Assembly (NCBI GenBank): GCA_034226945.1
Contig: CP120459.1
Location: forward strand, 806,001 to 870,000
Origin: Picochlorum sp. SENEW3
Taxonomy: Eukaryota
Length of the DNA stretch: 64,000 nt
Direction: 5' to 3'
Shown here: positions 46,237 through 57,400 of the stretch, in pieces
Layout: each line of letters starts with the position of its first letter
How positions within the stretch are numbered: position 1 is the stretch's first letter
The notes under the pieces: generated by a model
What the model saw: only the letters and a program-made list of their open reading frames with translations
Database searches by the model: none
What the model was told of the DNA's origin: nothing
Made by a program: the position numbers and the translations under genes

Positions 46237-48095
46237 CACTCCCATAATAATCTTGTCATTGCAGCCATTCTGAGGATTCTTTGCAAACACGACACGATCA
46301 GCATACGCCATGGTGCCAGAGTCCTGCAACCAATTGATCTTCCACTCGGCGTGCGTTGCATTCACTATATCAAGCATACCAAATGCGTATCCTTGTGCTC
46401 TAAAAGTAGACCATGGTGCTTGCGTCTCAAAGCAGAAGGGCGTTTCTGTGTTCAGGAATGGCTCTGGCTCGTAGTTTGGTTGGTATACTGCTGGGTCCCA
46501 GTAGCTAATGTTGGAACAGAATTTGGCGGGTTTTGGATTGTCAGGACGCAAAATATCGACGTATTCAATGTCGAGATCAACCCCACCTCCGCCAACCGTT
46601 GCATAGACTGGTCCACAACTGTTTGGCTTGAAATTGAACACGGGTGGTGAACGATCATAGCCATGCGCATGTCCATGGAATACAAAATCAACCTGATACT
46701 CGAAAAACAAAGGCTCAAAGTACTTTTGCATCAACTGAACCTCCTTGTAATGCTCTACAAACGTACTATAGTATGGGGCGTGGAACATGACGATAATCCA
46801 GTGTGTTGTTTCTCTGTCCAGTGATGTCATATCTTTGACAAACCATTTGTACATCTCACTTCCATTACCATATGGTACATACGTGTTTAAACCTACAATA
46901 TGCAAAGGACCGATGTCGACGCTGAAATACGTGTTGTTGGTGACGACACTGTTTGAGACCTCTGGGGGGACAAACGCAGTCTGGCCTGGGAACAGCGATT
47001 GGTCCCAGTACAGTGGCGCCTTGTTGGCTGCCACGTTCACGATATCAACATCCCTTGGCATTGGAAATCTGGAGTTGAATGATAAATTAGTTAGATTGTT
47101 CCTCAATGTGAGAGATTCGAGTTCATGATTTCCGGAAACAGCGAGCACAGGGATTTTAGAGAAGAGGGGTTGTAAAAAGCGCCCATATGAATCCCAGTAT
47201 GGTTGATATGAGGTAAATTGGTCGGCCTCCTTCTTATACGCTCCTTTTTTCGCAGTACCGTTTCCCAGGAATTTGTCCGCGTAACAAAAATCGCCGGCAA
47301 CAAGAATCATATCGGGCCCATAGTCGATCAAAGCATCACGCAACTGGGTTGTGTTGTACGTCATACTCGTGTCTGCCCACACCCCAACGCTGATTGGGTA
47401 CTGGTTCTTCGGCATTTTCAGCTCCAAAGTATCACTCCATCCATACGAAAGACTTCCAACTTTGTAGTAGTAGGTTTGGCCGGGGTTGAGACCATCGACA
47501 ACGACATGGTGGAGTATAGGACTCTGATACACACTGGGCTCCCCATCAATTGCGCCAGATAGGATATTGTACTCATAGCTGTACACAGTCTTGGCACAAA
47601 CAGACTTTTTCACATCCATCCGAGTCGCTTTATCATCTCCATACACGATCGTGTCGAGAAAATACTTGGACGTACCATACCTGACAATGCTGGGCACCAT
47701 TGAGGGATCATAGGCCTTTGGGGCATTTCCCACCCGCCCTTCTCCGGTGGCCCACGAGACAAGTACCGACGTCTCGGACCACGGAGTCACATGAATTTGA
47801 TCCGGTGAGAATTCAGTGCCGACATGAGGGAGGTCGCTCAATGGTATCCTCGCGTTCCGGCTTGCCTCTTCCTCTGACACAAAAATGCTGCAGTTACACG
47901 CCTACTCATGGTCACTCTGTTGTCCACGCGGGCCTTGTATGGCTGAATACCGTACGTTCGATTCAATGGTGCATTACCGACAGGATATTCAATAAGCAAT
48001 AGGTCACGGGAGGCCAGGTGACGTGCAGCCCCTACACGGCCACAGAACAGCACGAGGCACCCGATCAGGAACAAGCGCTGCTGGGTTTGATCCAT
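46186..48095 (-). CDS. Secreted purple acid phosphatase (FN3-like plus metallophosphoesterase); one intron, 47888-47955 or alternatively 47874-47950
   Basis: Signal peptide LFLIGCLVLFCGRVGAA; metal-ligand motifs WAD, GDFCYAD, GNHE, VMFHAPYY, GHAHGY. Confidence 0.92.
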
Positions 48096-48543
48096 TGCGG
48101 CGACTCTTCTGGAGTCACAATAACACGCGTGAACTCAGCCAAATGAATCGATACAAGATATGATTCATGCGCACATATAAGCAATAAAGGTAACGATTTT
48201 ACATACATCCAAAACAGCGACGCAGATTCCAGCGCCAGTCTGTGAGAAAGATTCCGAATCGAATCGGAATCAAACTCGCGTCAAAGGCGCCCCCTGGCCC
48301 AGGGGCCCTGGGTCGGATGAGAGGCTCTGACCTGTGCACTGTCGTGCACGGGCCACGCGTTGGCTTGCAAGCGATTGTCACTGTCAAAAGGCTCCATCCC
48401 ATGAGGACCTCGCGCGCGTCACAACACACATTTGTAAATGCGAATTAAAATGCGTTGAGAGGTGCCACACACGAAATCGGAAAGTACCAGCCTGGTAGGC
48501 CCAGAAACGAGGCTCTGGTCGGAGGATCCAAGTACGAGTGACA

Positions 48544-51500
48544 ATGCCACAGCTGCGTTTATACAACAGACGGTGGTATGCCTCAACCGATACCCAACCG
48601 GTACTAGCATGTATCATGTTGGTGACTCATTTGATGTTGCTGATTGCTACGGTTGTCATCTGGGCGATCCTCCGAGCCTCAGACTATTATTGCGACGTCA
48701 AAAACGAAATTCGCGCTTGTGTGATAGGAGTCTCTGTGGTCTTCATGCTGTTCATCATTGGTGAATGTGTCATCATGAAAGTCGGGCTGCGAGGCGGGCC
48801 TTTCCAAGAGAGCAAGCGAAGACTAGTTCTTGTTGGGTTGTATGTTCAAACTGGTCTAATTGTATGTCATCTGGGATTTACAATCTTTGGTACATATCTA
48901 GCATACAGCCCGTCAATTGCCGAGCTATGCTGGCGATCGAATCCATGCTACGCGTCGAATGGAGAGGTGCCATCTTTCTGTGTTCCTGAGCGATACAATC
49001 TAGTTGGAAGTGTCACTCTGGATGCAAATTGTTCATGGATCACATCACATTACAACGATGTGGCTAGGTGCTTGGACAACTGGTTTGAATTAGGGAATGG
49101 GTGGTTGAATGACGCATACAATGGCTCTATAGGGCCACCATTTTTTGAGAAGAGTAGCCCATCCAACTGCACCGTCTCCGGGTCACTGATCCCGGCATAC
49201 AATTGGTCATACCTCGGGGATGCCGGAGCCCGGGTTCTGGGCATCCCCGAGGCAAATGGGTATCTCCTAGACAATATCATGCTGGGAAGTTTGATAGATA
49301 TTGGGTTTACGGATGACTCGTATCCCTGGGTGACATCGCAGAATTACGACTCCATCACACGCCCAGCACAGCTCGTTCCATGGGCGAATTGCTCCGCATT
49401 AGATGGATGTGAGAGGGCCCTGCTCAATGATTGCGGTGAATGGAACGTCATTCAAAGCTTGCCAAATGGCAGTGATGAGAAGGGCTTGTTCAGAGCCTGT
49501 GTGTTTATATCGTGGACAAGCCTGGTTTTCACCCTGACGCTCATGATCGCAGTCTTCAATGCAAATCCAGACTACTCATCTTCAGAGAGCTGGATGAGGT
49601 CGCTGGAGCGGGTAGGAAAACTGTTTGGCGCTCGTGATGCTCTTGTCAATTCAATCACAGAGGAAGGATTCTCCGCATCAGAAGAGTTTGGTGTGCTGCT
49701 TGCGCAATTATTCGGAGGCATTGATATGGACCTGACAGATAAAATTCTAGGATTATATTTGGCAGGAGAGAGAACCCGCTGGAGGAGACTACGGCATGCA
49801 AACTCGGTGTTGGCAAAGCATGGTTATTCTCAGGTGCCTTGCAAGAAGGGATTTTGGAGTTCAATGTGTCTTGGAGTGGGTGTTGATGGAGCCCGTTCCC
49901 CAGAGGAAGAAGAGTCCTTGAGGGTTATAGATATACAGATGAGTAATAAGTCGTCAATTGCTGTCATTGAAGATCGTGTACTTTCATGGAAAGATTCCGG
50001 GGAGCCGATGGCAATTAGTCACAGCATCATTCGATTGGAAACGCCCTTGTCACTGGACGAAAGCGAGACGAGCTTGAATGAATCCGCATCATGTAATCAG
50101 CAGTCTGTTGTCAGCAATATTTTGGGAGGCAACAAGGTTGTGAAAATCATGTTGCCTGTCAACATCAACCCACTCAATCTGCAGCCTTCTCTCGATTCTA
50201 GGTCAGCAGCCGCTTTCTATATGGACTGTTGTAAAGGTTATGTAGACTCAGATATTTTACAGGAGGCATTGTATCACTCGTGGTTTGCAAAAGCGGCATA
50301 TGGCCTGCAAGAGCGTCGTTGGAAGGCTGCTGCATCTGGAAATGTGGTGGTTGACACAACTGATTACTGCTTGAGTAGGCAGTGCTGCTTGCCAATGAGC
50401 AAAACGTTGCAAATAAAAGAGAGGTTTCGAAAGAGAAATTTTGATGCAATTGTTAAACTCACAGGGATACCTCCGGAGGACTTTTTGTATGTTTCATATG
50501 CCTCCACAAGTTTTGGTCTGCTGCCATACCTTATCATGCTGGACAGAAAAAAACGCACGGTGGTGTTATCCGTGAGGGGAACAGCTGGTTTGAACGATTT
50601 GATGACCGATCTGTTAAGCCAGCCGGTGGAGATCAATGCCTTCCTGCCCCAACCTATGCTCAGTCAGGCTCCAAAGAACATTGATGGAACCCCGATCAAA
50701 ATGTTTGGGCATGCCGGAATCATATCTAGTGCCAAGGCTATTTTAGAAAGCTTAGAGAAGCTCAGTCTATTTTCATGGTCGGAAAAGAAAGAAAATATCG
50801 CGGTGAGAAAGCTGTCTGAAGAGATAAGTCTACAAAGTCAAAGATTTACAGAAAACTTGAAGGCATTATCACAAAGAAACGAGGTGCAATTTCCTCTGGA
50901 GCGTGCTCAGAGTGCACTTTTCGAAGCATTAGAAATACTCAATTATGACATTATCGTCACTGGCCATTCGTTGGGTGCAGCTGTGGCATCCATGATTTCC
51001 GTGCGCCTCAGGGAGACATATCCCAGCCTCCACTGCTTTGCATTCAACCCTCCTGGTGGCCTTGCAAGCCCTGCTATAGCTCAATTAACACAGGATTTCT
51101 GCACATCTATCATCGTTGGATGTGACGTGATATCTAGACTCAGCATCGCTACCGTAAAAAGCTTGATTGATGATGTTGCCCTGTCTCTTTGTCGGTGCAA
51201 CAGACCAAAACTGAAGATTGCCATGGACATTCTACTGGGACTGCGTAAAAATCCCCAAAGTGCTCCCGAGACATATTGTGCCATCGATGAGATTGATGAA
51301 GAAGTGAGGAAGGTATTACAAGAGTACCTATCGCATGCTCAATTGCATGCAAAAGATGTAGATGCACGAATGCTCTGCCCCATGGGTAACATTGTCTTCT
51401 TAAGGCCATACATGATGCAGGATGACAGGACTGAGGAGTGGGATGCTGTCTATGCTGACCCATCAGACATTATCAACGAAGGGATAATTGTCTCCAAACA

Positions 51501-51558
51501 CTCCATGCAACATCACAAAATCTCAGTGTTGCAGCATGCCTTAGCATCTGCCAAATGA
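48544..51558 (+). CDS. sn1-diacylglycerol lipase-like (4 TM plus lipase class 3)
   Basis: MPQLRLYNRRWYASTD start typical of DAGL; VVLSVRGT..DLMTD; GHAGI; TGHSLGA; DVISRLS. Confidence 0.88.
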   Translation: MPQLRLYNRRWYASTDTQPVLACIMLVTHLMLLIATVVIWAILRASDYYCDVKNEIRACVIGVSVVFMLFIIGECVIMKVGLRGGPFQESKRRLVLVGLYVQTGLIVCHLGFTIFGTYLAYSPSIAELCWRSNPCYASNGEVPSFCVPERYNLVGSVTLDANCSWITSHYNDVARCLDNWFELGNGWLNDAYNGSIGPPFFEKSSPSNCTVSGSLIPAYNWSYLGDAGARVLGIPEANGYLLDNIMLGSLIDIGFTDDSYPWVTSQNYDSITRPAQLVPWANCSALDGCERALLNDCGEWNVIQSLPNGSDEKGLFRACVFISWTSLVFTLTLMIAVFNANPDYSSSESWMRSLERVGKLFGARDALVNSITEEGFSASEEFGVLLAQLFGGIDMDLTDKILGLYLAGERTRWRRLRHANSVLAKHGYSQVPCKKGFWSSMCLGVGVDGARSPEEEESLRVIDIQMSNKSSIAVIEDRVLSWKDSGEPMAISHSIIRLETPLSLDESETSLNESASCNQQSVVSNILGGNKVVKIMLPVNINPLNLQPSLDSRSAAAFYMDCCKGYVDSDILQEALYHSWFAKAAYGLQERRWKAAASGNVVVDTTDYCLSRQCCLPMSKTLQIKERFRKRNFDAIVKLTGIPPEDFLYVSYASTSFGLLPYLIMLDRKKRTVVLSVRGTAGLNDLMTDLLSQPVEINAFLPQPMLSQAPKNIDGTPIKMFGHAGIISSAKAILESLEKLSLFSWSEKKENIAVRKLSEEISLQSQRFTENLKALSQRNEVQFPLERAQSALFEALEILNYDIIVTGHSLGAAVASMISVRLRETYPSLHCFAFNPPGGLASPAIAQLTQDFCTSIIVGCDVISRLSIATVKSLIDDVALSLCRCNRPKLKIAMDILLGLRKNPQSAPETYCAIDEIDEEVRKVLQEYLSHAQLHAKDVDARMLCPMGNIVFLRPYMMQDDRTEEWDAVYADPSDIINEGIIVSKHSMQHHKISVLQHALASAK

Positions 51559-52381
51559 ACCTTTGGATGACGTAATCTGATGCGATGCATTCAAGGGGAA
51601 ACAACCTATCTCCGTGGATCAGAGGGACTACACGGTACCATGGAAATGAGTTAAAACGTATGAAATGTAACACGGTTGTTGGATAAGCTCGATCAGGTGC
51701 CTCAATCGCAGCACTGTATGACAGGCTTCATTATGTCAGTCACAGCATAGCTTCCTGTGGCAGATGTCATTGCGTGCCCAGATGGGAAGCAGGCCATGCT
51801 TATTGCCGATACTGTGCTGCTTCCAAGAGCACTGACTTCAGCACACGCAATTGGTTCCGGGCCGGCTGGCTCCACCACTCCTGAGCCCACAACAGCTCCC
51901 CAACCTGTCACTGCAGACCCATCTGTTCAGACATTTTTGAATCACAGCCTGCAAGCTCTGCCGCCTCCAACAACCTATAAACCCACCACCGCAGGGCTTC
52001 TTTCACCCTTTTACATCGATGTCGAACATACATGTTGTCCAGACATTGGATGTAGAGGATCGATGTCAACATATGCCGGCAAGGCTGATTGTTGTGTTTC
52101 CATGTCTTCCGGAAGAAGGTGTCCTTTGAAGGAGAAAATTTTCACGGAACTCGGATCTCAGATCTTCGCCCTCCATTTATGAAACAGCAGGCTCTCGCTT
52201 GATCATCAAGCCGGCCTCATCAGAAAGCACAGTTGTGATTTATTTTGTATATGTAGGTACCAACCATCCGTTATCTTCCGTCCGTTGTTATTCATGTTGC
52301 TTTTTCTGAGGACGCGACGACTGACATGTTGCTGTAATTCTGGAATAAAACCCGTAAATCAAGTTTCATACATAGAAGAAT

Positions 52382-53049
52382 ATGAATAGAAAAGCAATTC
52401 AGATCCACGATGTGGTCAACTTGTGGTTGATTCCAATCGTAGGAGTTTTAACCGTTCTGGGTATGTCCGCGGGCAACGACAGTCGTTGTCTTTGTTCTCT
52501 CTTCTGACGCTTGCCTGGTGATGGTGATGTGCAGGTCTTTTGGGTCTGGTCAATCCAGTGCGCGTGACTGAAGTGTTTGTGGTCTACGTGATCATTGACG
52601 TGGTGTGGTTGCTTGTCCAACCAGACGCGGTTCCTTCGCTCCCAAATGTGATACTGCTGCACCACGCAGTGACTATTGTGTTGCTCGTGTTCCCTATTTG
52701 GTACAATGATCTCGCTATTTATACCTGTTGGGATGGGTTGTGTGAGATCAACACCTTCTTTCTCATCGCACGGAGGCAATTCAAACCATACAGGAACATT
52801 CTCGGAATCATGTATTGGGCCACGTTTATTCCAATGCGAACCATATTGTATCCAGTCATGTTGGTTGAGTTCTATTACAGAATGCAAGAGCACGAGTTTT
52901 GGAAATTATTGGTGGTATGCGGGTGTCAGGCGGTGTTGATTGTGTTCAACTTTGTCTTGCTGTGGATGGGAGCCAGCAAGTCGTTGAAACGTAAATGGAA
53001 AGAAGACGCGGACAAAAAAAAGTCTAGTGACCCAAAGAAAGGCTCCTGA
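52382..53049 (+). CDS. TLC (TRAM/LAG1/CLN8)-domain membrane protein; exons 52382-52460, 52535-53049
   Basis: YVIIDVVW, ILLHHAVT, EINTFFLIARR, TFIPMR; intron 52461-52534 keeps the frame. Confidence 0.8.
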
Positions 53050-53067
53050 TAAATGCATTTCTTAATA

Positions 53068-54063
53068 TTATGTTGCGTTGTATAGTACAGCTGGAAACTT
53101 CTCCACGCCAGGAGACGGGTGATTTTGTAGAATATGACAGAGCCATTCGAGGGCATCTACCAATCGTGGCCCAGGCCTGTTGAACATTTGGTTTCCATCC
53201 ACGCAATATACCTTGGCATGTATCTTTTCTTTCCACCATGGTTTCGAAAACAGACATGCCTGTGCCTCCTCAAGAGTCTTCTCGAGATTTAAGCCACACG
53301 GCGCAATGATGAAGATGTCTGGATTTGACTGGATCAATGCATCAACCTCGACGGTGATTGATTTACCGGCGCCCTGGCCCTCTGCTGCACACGGATTCAA
53401 AGGATGCTCAGCTCCAGCAATACGCAACAGCTGGGGCGTCCAATGACCTCCCACGAAAATTGGATCAGTCCATTCCAACAAGGCTACATTCTTCCGTGGC
53501 AAAGAACTGTTGCTTTTTGTAACGGATGCCACGGTCGCAATCCTCGTTTCCAACCTATCTCGTAGTCTCTTGGCTGCTTCTGGAACGCATAAAGCCTCTC
53601 CAATCTTTGTTATATCCTCTAGCACCTGCTCAAGGTTCTGAGGATTGGTGTCCACAAGACGAGGCTGTGGATCCATACCAGATGCAAGAGATTCAACCAC
53701 ACAGTAATCCACAGAACACACTTTACACAGCGATTGTGTCACAATCACATCTGGTCGTAATGTCTTGAGCAACTCTACATCCACAGAATACAAGCCCTCT
53801 CCAGTATCAAGATGCTTCCGTACTTGTGCATCCACATCTTTGCTGTCTGTAAATGTAATCGTTGAGGAGGTCAAGTGAGGCAAGTCAAGCACACCCATAT
53901 CCTCTGGATGATCACATTCATGAGAGACCCCGACAAGCTGAACATCAATCGATGGCAATGAAGCATCTCCTCCCTGGGCTGTGCTTCTGTGCTCTTGAAT
54001 AATGTAAGCAATAAGTTCAGTCGCCGAAGGAAGCAAAGAAACCACTCGTATTGTTCGAGTCAT
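53068..54063 (-). CDS. BtuF-like (cobalamin/iron-siderophore) periplasmic-binding-protein homologue, intronless
   Basis: RVVSLLPSATEL, LVGVSHECDHP, LRPDVIVTQSLCKVCSV, LEWTDPIFVGGHW, VDGNQMFNRPGPRLVDALE. Confidence 0.85.
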   Translation of the reverse strand: MTRTIRVVSLLPSATELIAYIIQEHRSTAQGGDASLPSIDVQLVGVSHECDHPEDMGVLDLPHLTSSTITFTDSKDVDAQVRKHLDTGEGLYSVDVELLKTLRPDVIVTQSLCKVCSVDYCVVESLASGMDPQPRLVDTNPQNLEQVLEDITKIGEALCVPEAAKRLRDRLETRIATVASVTKSNSSLPRKNVALLEWTDPIFVGGHWTPQLLRIAGAEHPLNPCAAEGQGAGKSITVEVDALIQSNPDIFIIAPCGLNLEKTLEEAQACLFSKPWWKEKIHAKVYCVDGNQMFNRPGPRLVDALEWLCHILQNHPSPGVEKFPAVLYNAT

Positions 54064-54494
54064 CGCCGATGTACAATGGGTTTGTATTTATCAAGGTATA
54101 CTATGAATTAGATTTGGTTGACGTGACCCGATGCCACGGATTCAAGTAGAGAGCCTGTCGTATTTCCTTGAATAGACTATATAAAACAAGAGTAAGAAAT
54201 TCATCCTGGAGTATCTCAAGGCAATCCGGGAATGCACCAATGATATTTTATAAATATTTACTCAAGTGGTACTGTATCTGTACCGGTTCTACCGATAACG
54301 AATAGCAAAACTGGAACGAATCTCCGAATCACTGAAGAGAATTGATTAGAATCTTCTGACAAGGTCATCATTTGCAAAGGAATACTGATCATCAAAGGTT
54401 ATATAGTATTACAGAGAGTTTTTGAGTAATTCTATGCTGCAGATAGGATAAGGCAGGGTTGTTGAGCTCGTACAAGGTGCAGAGTCTATTCAGT

Positions 54495-57400
54495 ATGGCA
54501 GCAGGTGGGGCACCACACCAAACAACGACGAGCAGTTTGGAAAGTGAATTTCGTCAGTTGGCTGTAAGTGCACGGAAATCAGAGAGTTTTGTGACACAGA
54601 TTTTTTCATCTGGGTCTGGGGCGCAGAATGAAATCAAGGAGTCTGCAGAACGAGTGTTGGTAGTGTTGAGGAATTCCTCGTCGCTGGAAGAGTTGCAGAC
54701 TCGCAAAGATGAGGTGGTCAAACCATTGCAATTGGCGTGTGAGAGTGCCTCGCCGAAATTGATTGCTTTGTCTCTGAGTATTTTACAAAAGCTGATTAGC
54801 TGTGATGTGTTTGGGAATAAAAAGGAGGACTGCCAGTTTGTCATGAGTGTTTTGGCAGGCGTTGAAAAGGTGAATGATGAAGCTGTGCAGTTGAAGATTT
54901 TGCAGACGAGCTTGATTTTGCTTCAGTCGCCGATTCATCCTACCAATGCTGATTCTATTTGCTCGTTGTTGAGTTTGTGTTTTCGATCGATGATACCGAA
55001 AGGGAGGAATACTCAGGTGATGAGCACGGCAGCAGCGACGGTGAGGCAGGCTGTGGCTATTATATTTTCCTACGTGGATGTGTCAAAAGAAGTGGAAAGG
55101 CTGAATCTTCAAGGAGAAGATACTTCTAATGATTCTGAGGTAGAGGACGAGTCTGGAGAAGCTTTAAAGGCGTGTCAGAGGCTGTTGGAAGATTTGATAG
55201 CACTTTCCAGTGGGTCTCCAGCTAGGTGGATCAAGACTCCGTCACTGCCACGAACATCAAGCTTGGAGATACTGGATTTCGCGCTTTTAAGTAGTCCAGA
55301 GCTATTCAAAGCACTTCCTGAATTTGAGAGTTCCTTGTCGCTGCGTATCATTCAGCTGCTGCAGTCTCAACTACAGGATTACTTGGATGCTGTGACAAAT
55401 TCTGGAGGGACTCAAAATTTCCACCCATTCAAGGCCGTGTTGCGGTGCATCCGCACATTGTTGCTTTTATATCATGAGCGACTGGGTGCTCGCTGCCGTG
55501 GTTTGGTGATGATTCTGCTCAAAGGTGCACAGTCCAGCATGTCCATGATCCATAGAGTCACAATATGCCAGATTATTCGGCAACTTTTGGGGGATCCTTC
55601 GCTGGTATTGTTCCTGTATGCTACATTTGACTCGTCACAAGATAAGCAAACCGATATATTGATTGCAATGGTGAACGTTGTGACGGATATTGCAGAGAGT
55701 GGCTTGGAAGGGGATGCAGAGGCATACACAAATGGGCCATCTCCAAGGATGGATGCAGTTTCTCAAGTGTACTTTTCACGCGAAGTTGCTTTCGACGTGG
55801 ACATTGAACCTTCGATGCCTGCAAGTTTGCAGAAAACCGCGTGTATTGTGATATCTATGAATGCGGTTTTACGGTGCATGCAGAGCATGTCAATGATTAC
55901 ATATCATTGCCTTGGATTACCGACAGAAGTTGAAGAGCAAGCGACGTCTCCTAGATTCCATAAACCTAGTTTGCCATTGAATAATGTCGATGTTGAGGTA
56001 TGCAAAGGGATGATGGTCGCTTTCTGGGAACCCATTCTATCACCAGTGACGAATATATTAAGATCATGTTCTCATGAAAAGTTGGAGATGGAATTGCTCC
56101 ATTCTGTTCAAATTTTCACGGAAGCAATAGGAAAGCTGCATTTGCGCGATCCAATGGCGGCTTGTCTAGATTCATTGTGCAGAATTGCGTTGTCTGGAAC
56201 TGGAGAAGAACAGGGTGAGATTGGGGAGGACAAACTTGTACTTCGATCAAAGAATGTACAAGCCATGAAGACGATATTTAGAATTGCCAAAGGTCTGGCA
56301 AATGACTTGGGCCCAGCTTGGCGCATGGTTCTTGAAGCAATGTACTCTTTAGATAATATCTTAATGGATCCAAAATTAGTGCGAAAGCCTGGGGATAAAG
56401 AAGGTTCTGTCGATGATTTGGTCATGAGTGAGTGGTCAGTTGACATGGGTGATGTGGAGGACCTCCGAACTGTTATGCAAGAGCTCTTCATAAGCACACG
56501 TGATATGAGCAGTGAAGGTGTTGTTGCTCTACTTGGTGGGCTGCAGAGTGTTAGTATGCACCATTTACCACAAGCTGAACAAGTTTCACAACCAAAGTAC
56601 GTGGATCCTTCTGTTTTGAACAGGAGTTGAAAATTTGTCCTCTGACTTGCTGTTGTACTTTTTTGTAGAATGTCAGCGTTAAATAGAATGGTGGACGTTT
56701 TACTAGCAAACTCATTCCGAGTATATGACTTATGGGGGATATTTTTGAGCCATGTGCTCGAACTTGTTGCTGATTCAAAAGCCAGTATCAGAGAAGCTGC
56801 TGTAGAAGCGCTTGGGAGGGCAATTACAGGCACTCTAACGAATCTTAATGTCTCTGTTGAAGAGGAATCCACCGGGGGCCTGGAACATATGCTTTTGGTA
56901 GCATTAGAGGCGCTTCATAATGATGACAAGGAGGTGGATGTCCAAGTTGGTGTTTTGAAAGTCTTGGCTCAAGTTCTGCAACGAAACGGAGAAAGATTGA
57001 CTGATGGATGGACTCCAGTATTTCGGTTGCTTGCTGCTGTAGCAGAAAACAATTCTCCTGACACTGTACCCCTTGGCTGTGAGTCACTGCAAATTATATA
57101 CAACAACTTTATGGACAAGATGTCTCTGAAGAAGATTCAAAAGTGCTTGGAGGTGGCAGAACTCTACGGGAAGCAACAGGCTGACATTAATGTGAGTTTG
57201 GCTGTCATAAGCCTGCTATGGAATGTTGGAGACATGTTGGGAACACGATCTGTGGAAGAGGGACAGGCTCAGGAGGATGCAGGTCCTGTCAGGTACACTG
57301 ATGAAGTTGAAGTGCTTTTTGAGGTCATCTACAATGCTCTGTTTAATATCTCGAGAGACAGTCGACCCGAAGTGCGAAATAGCGGAGCAAGAACATTGTT

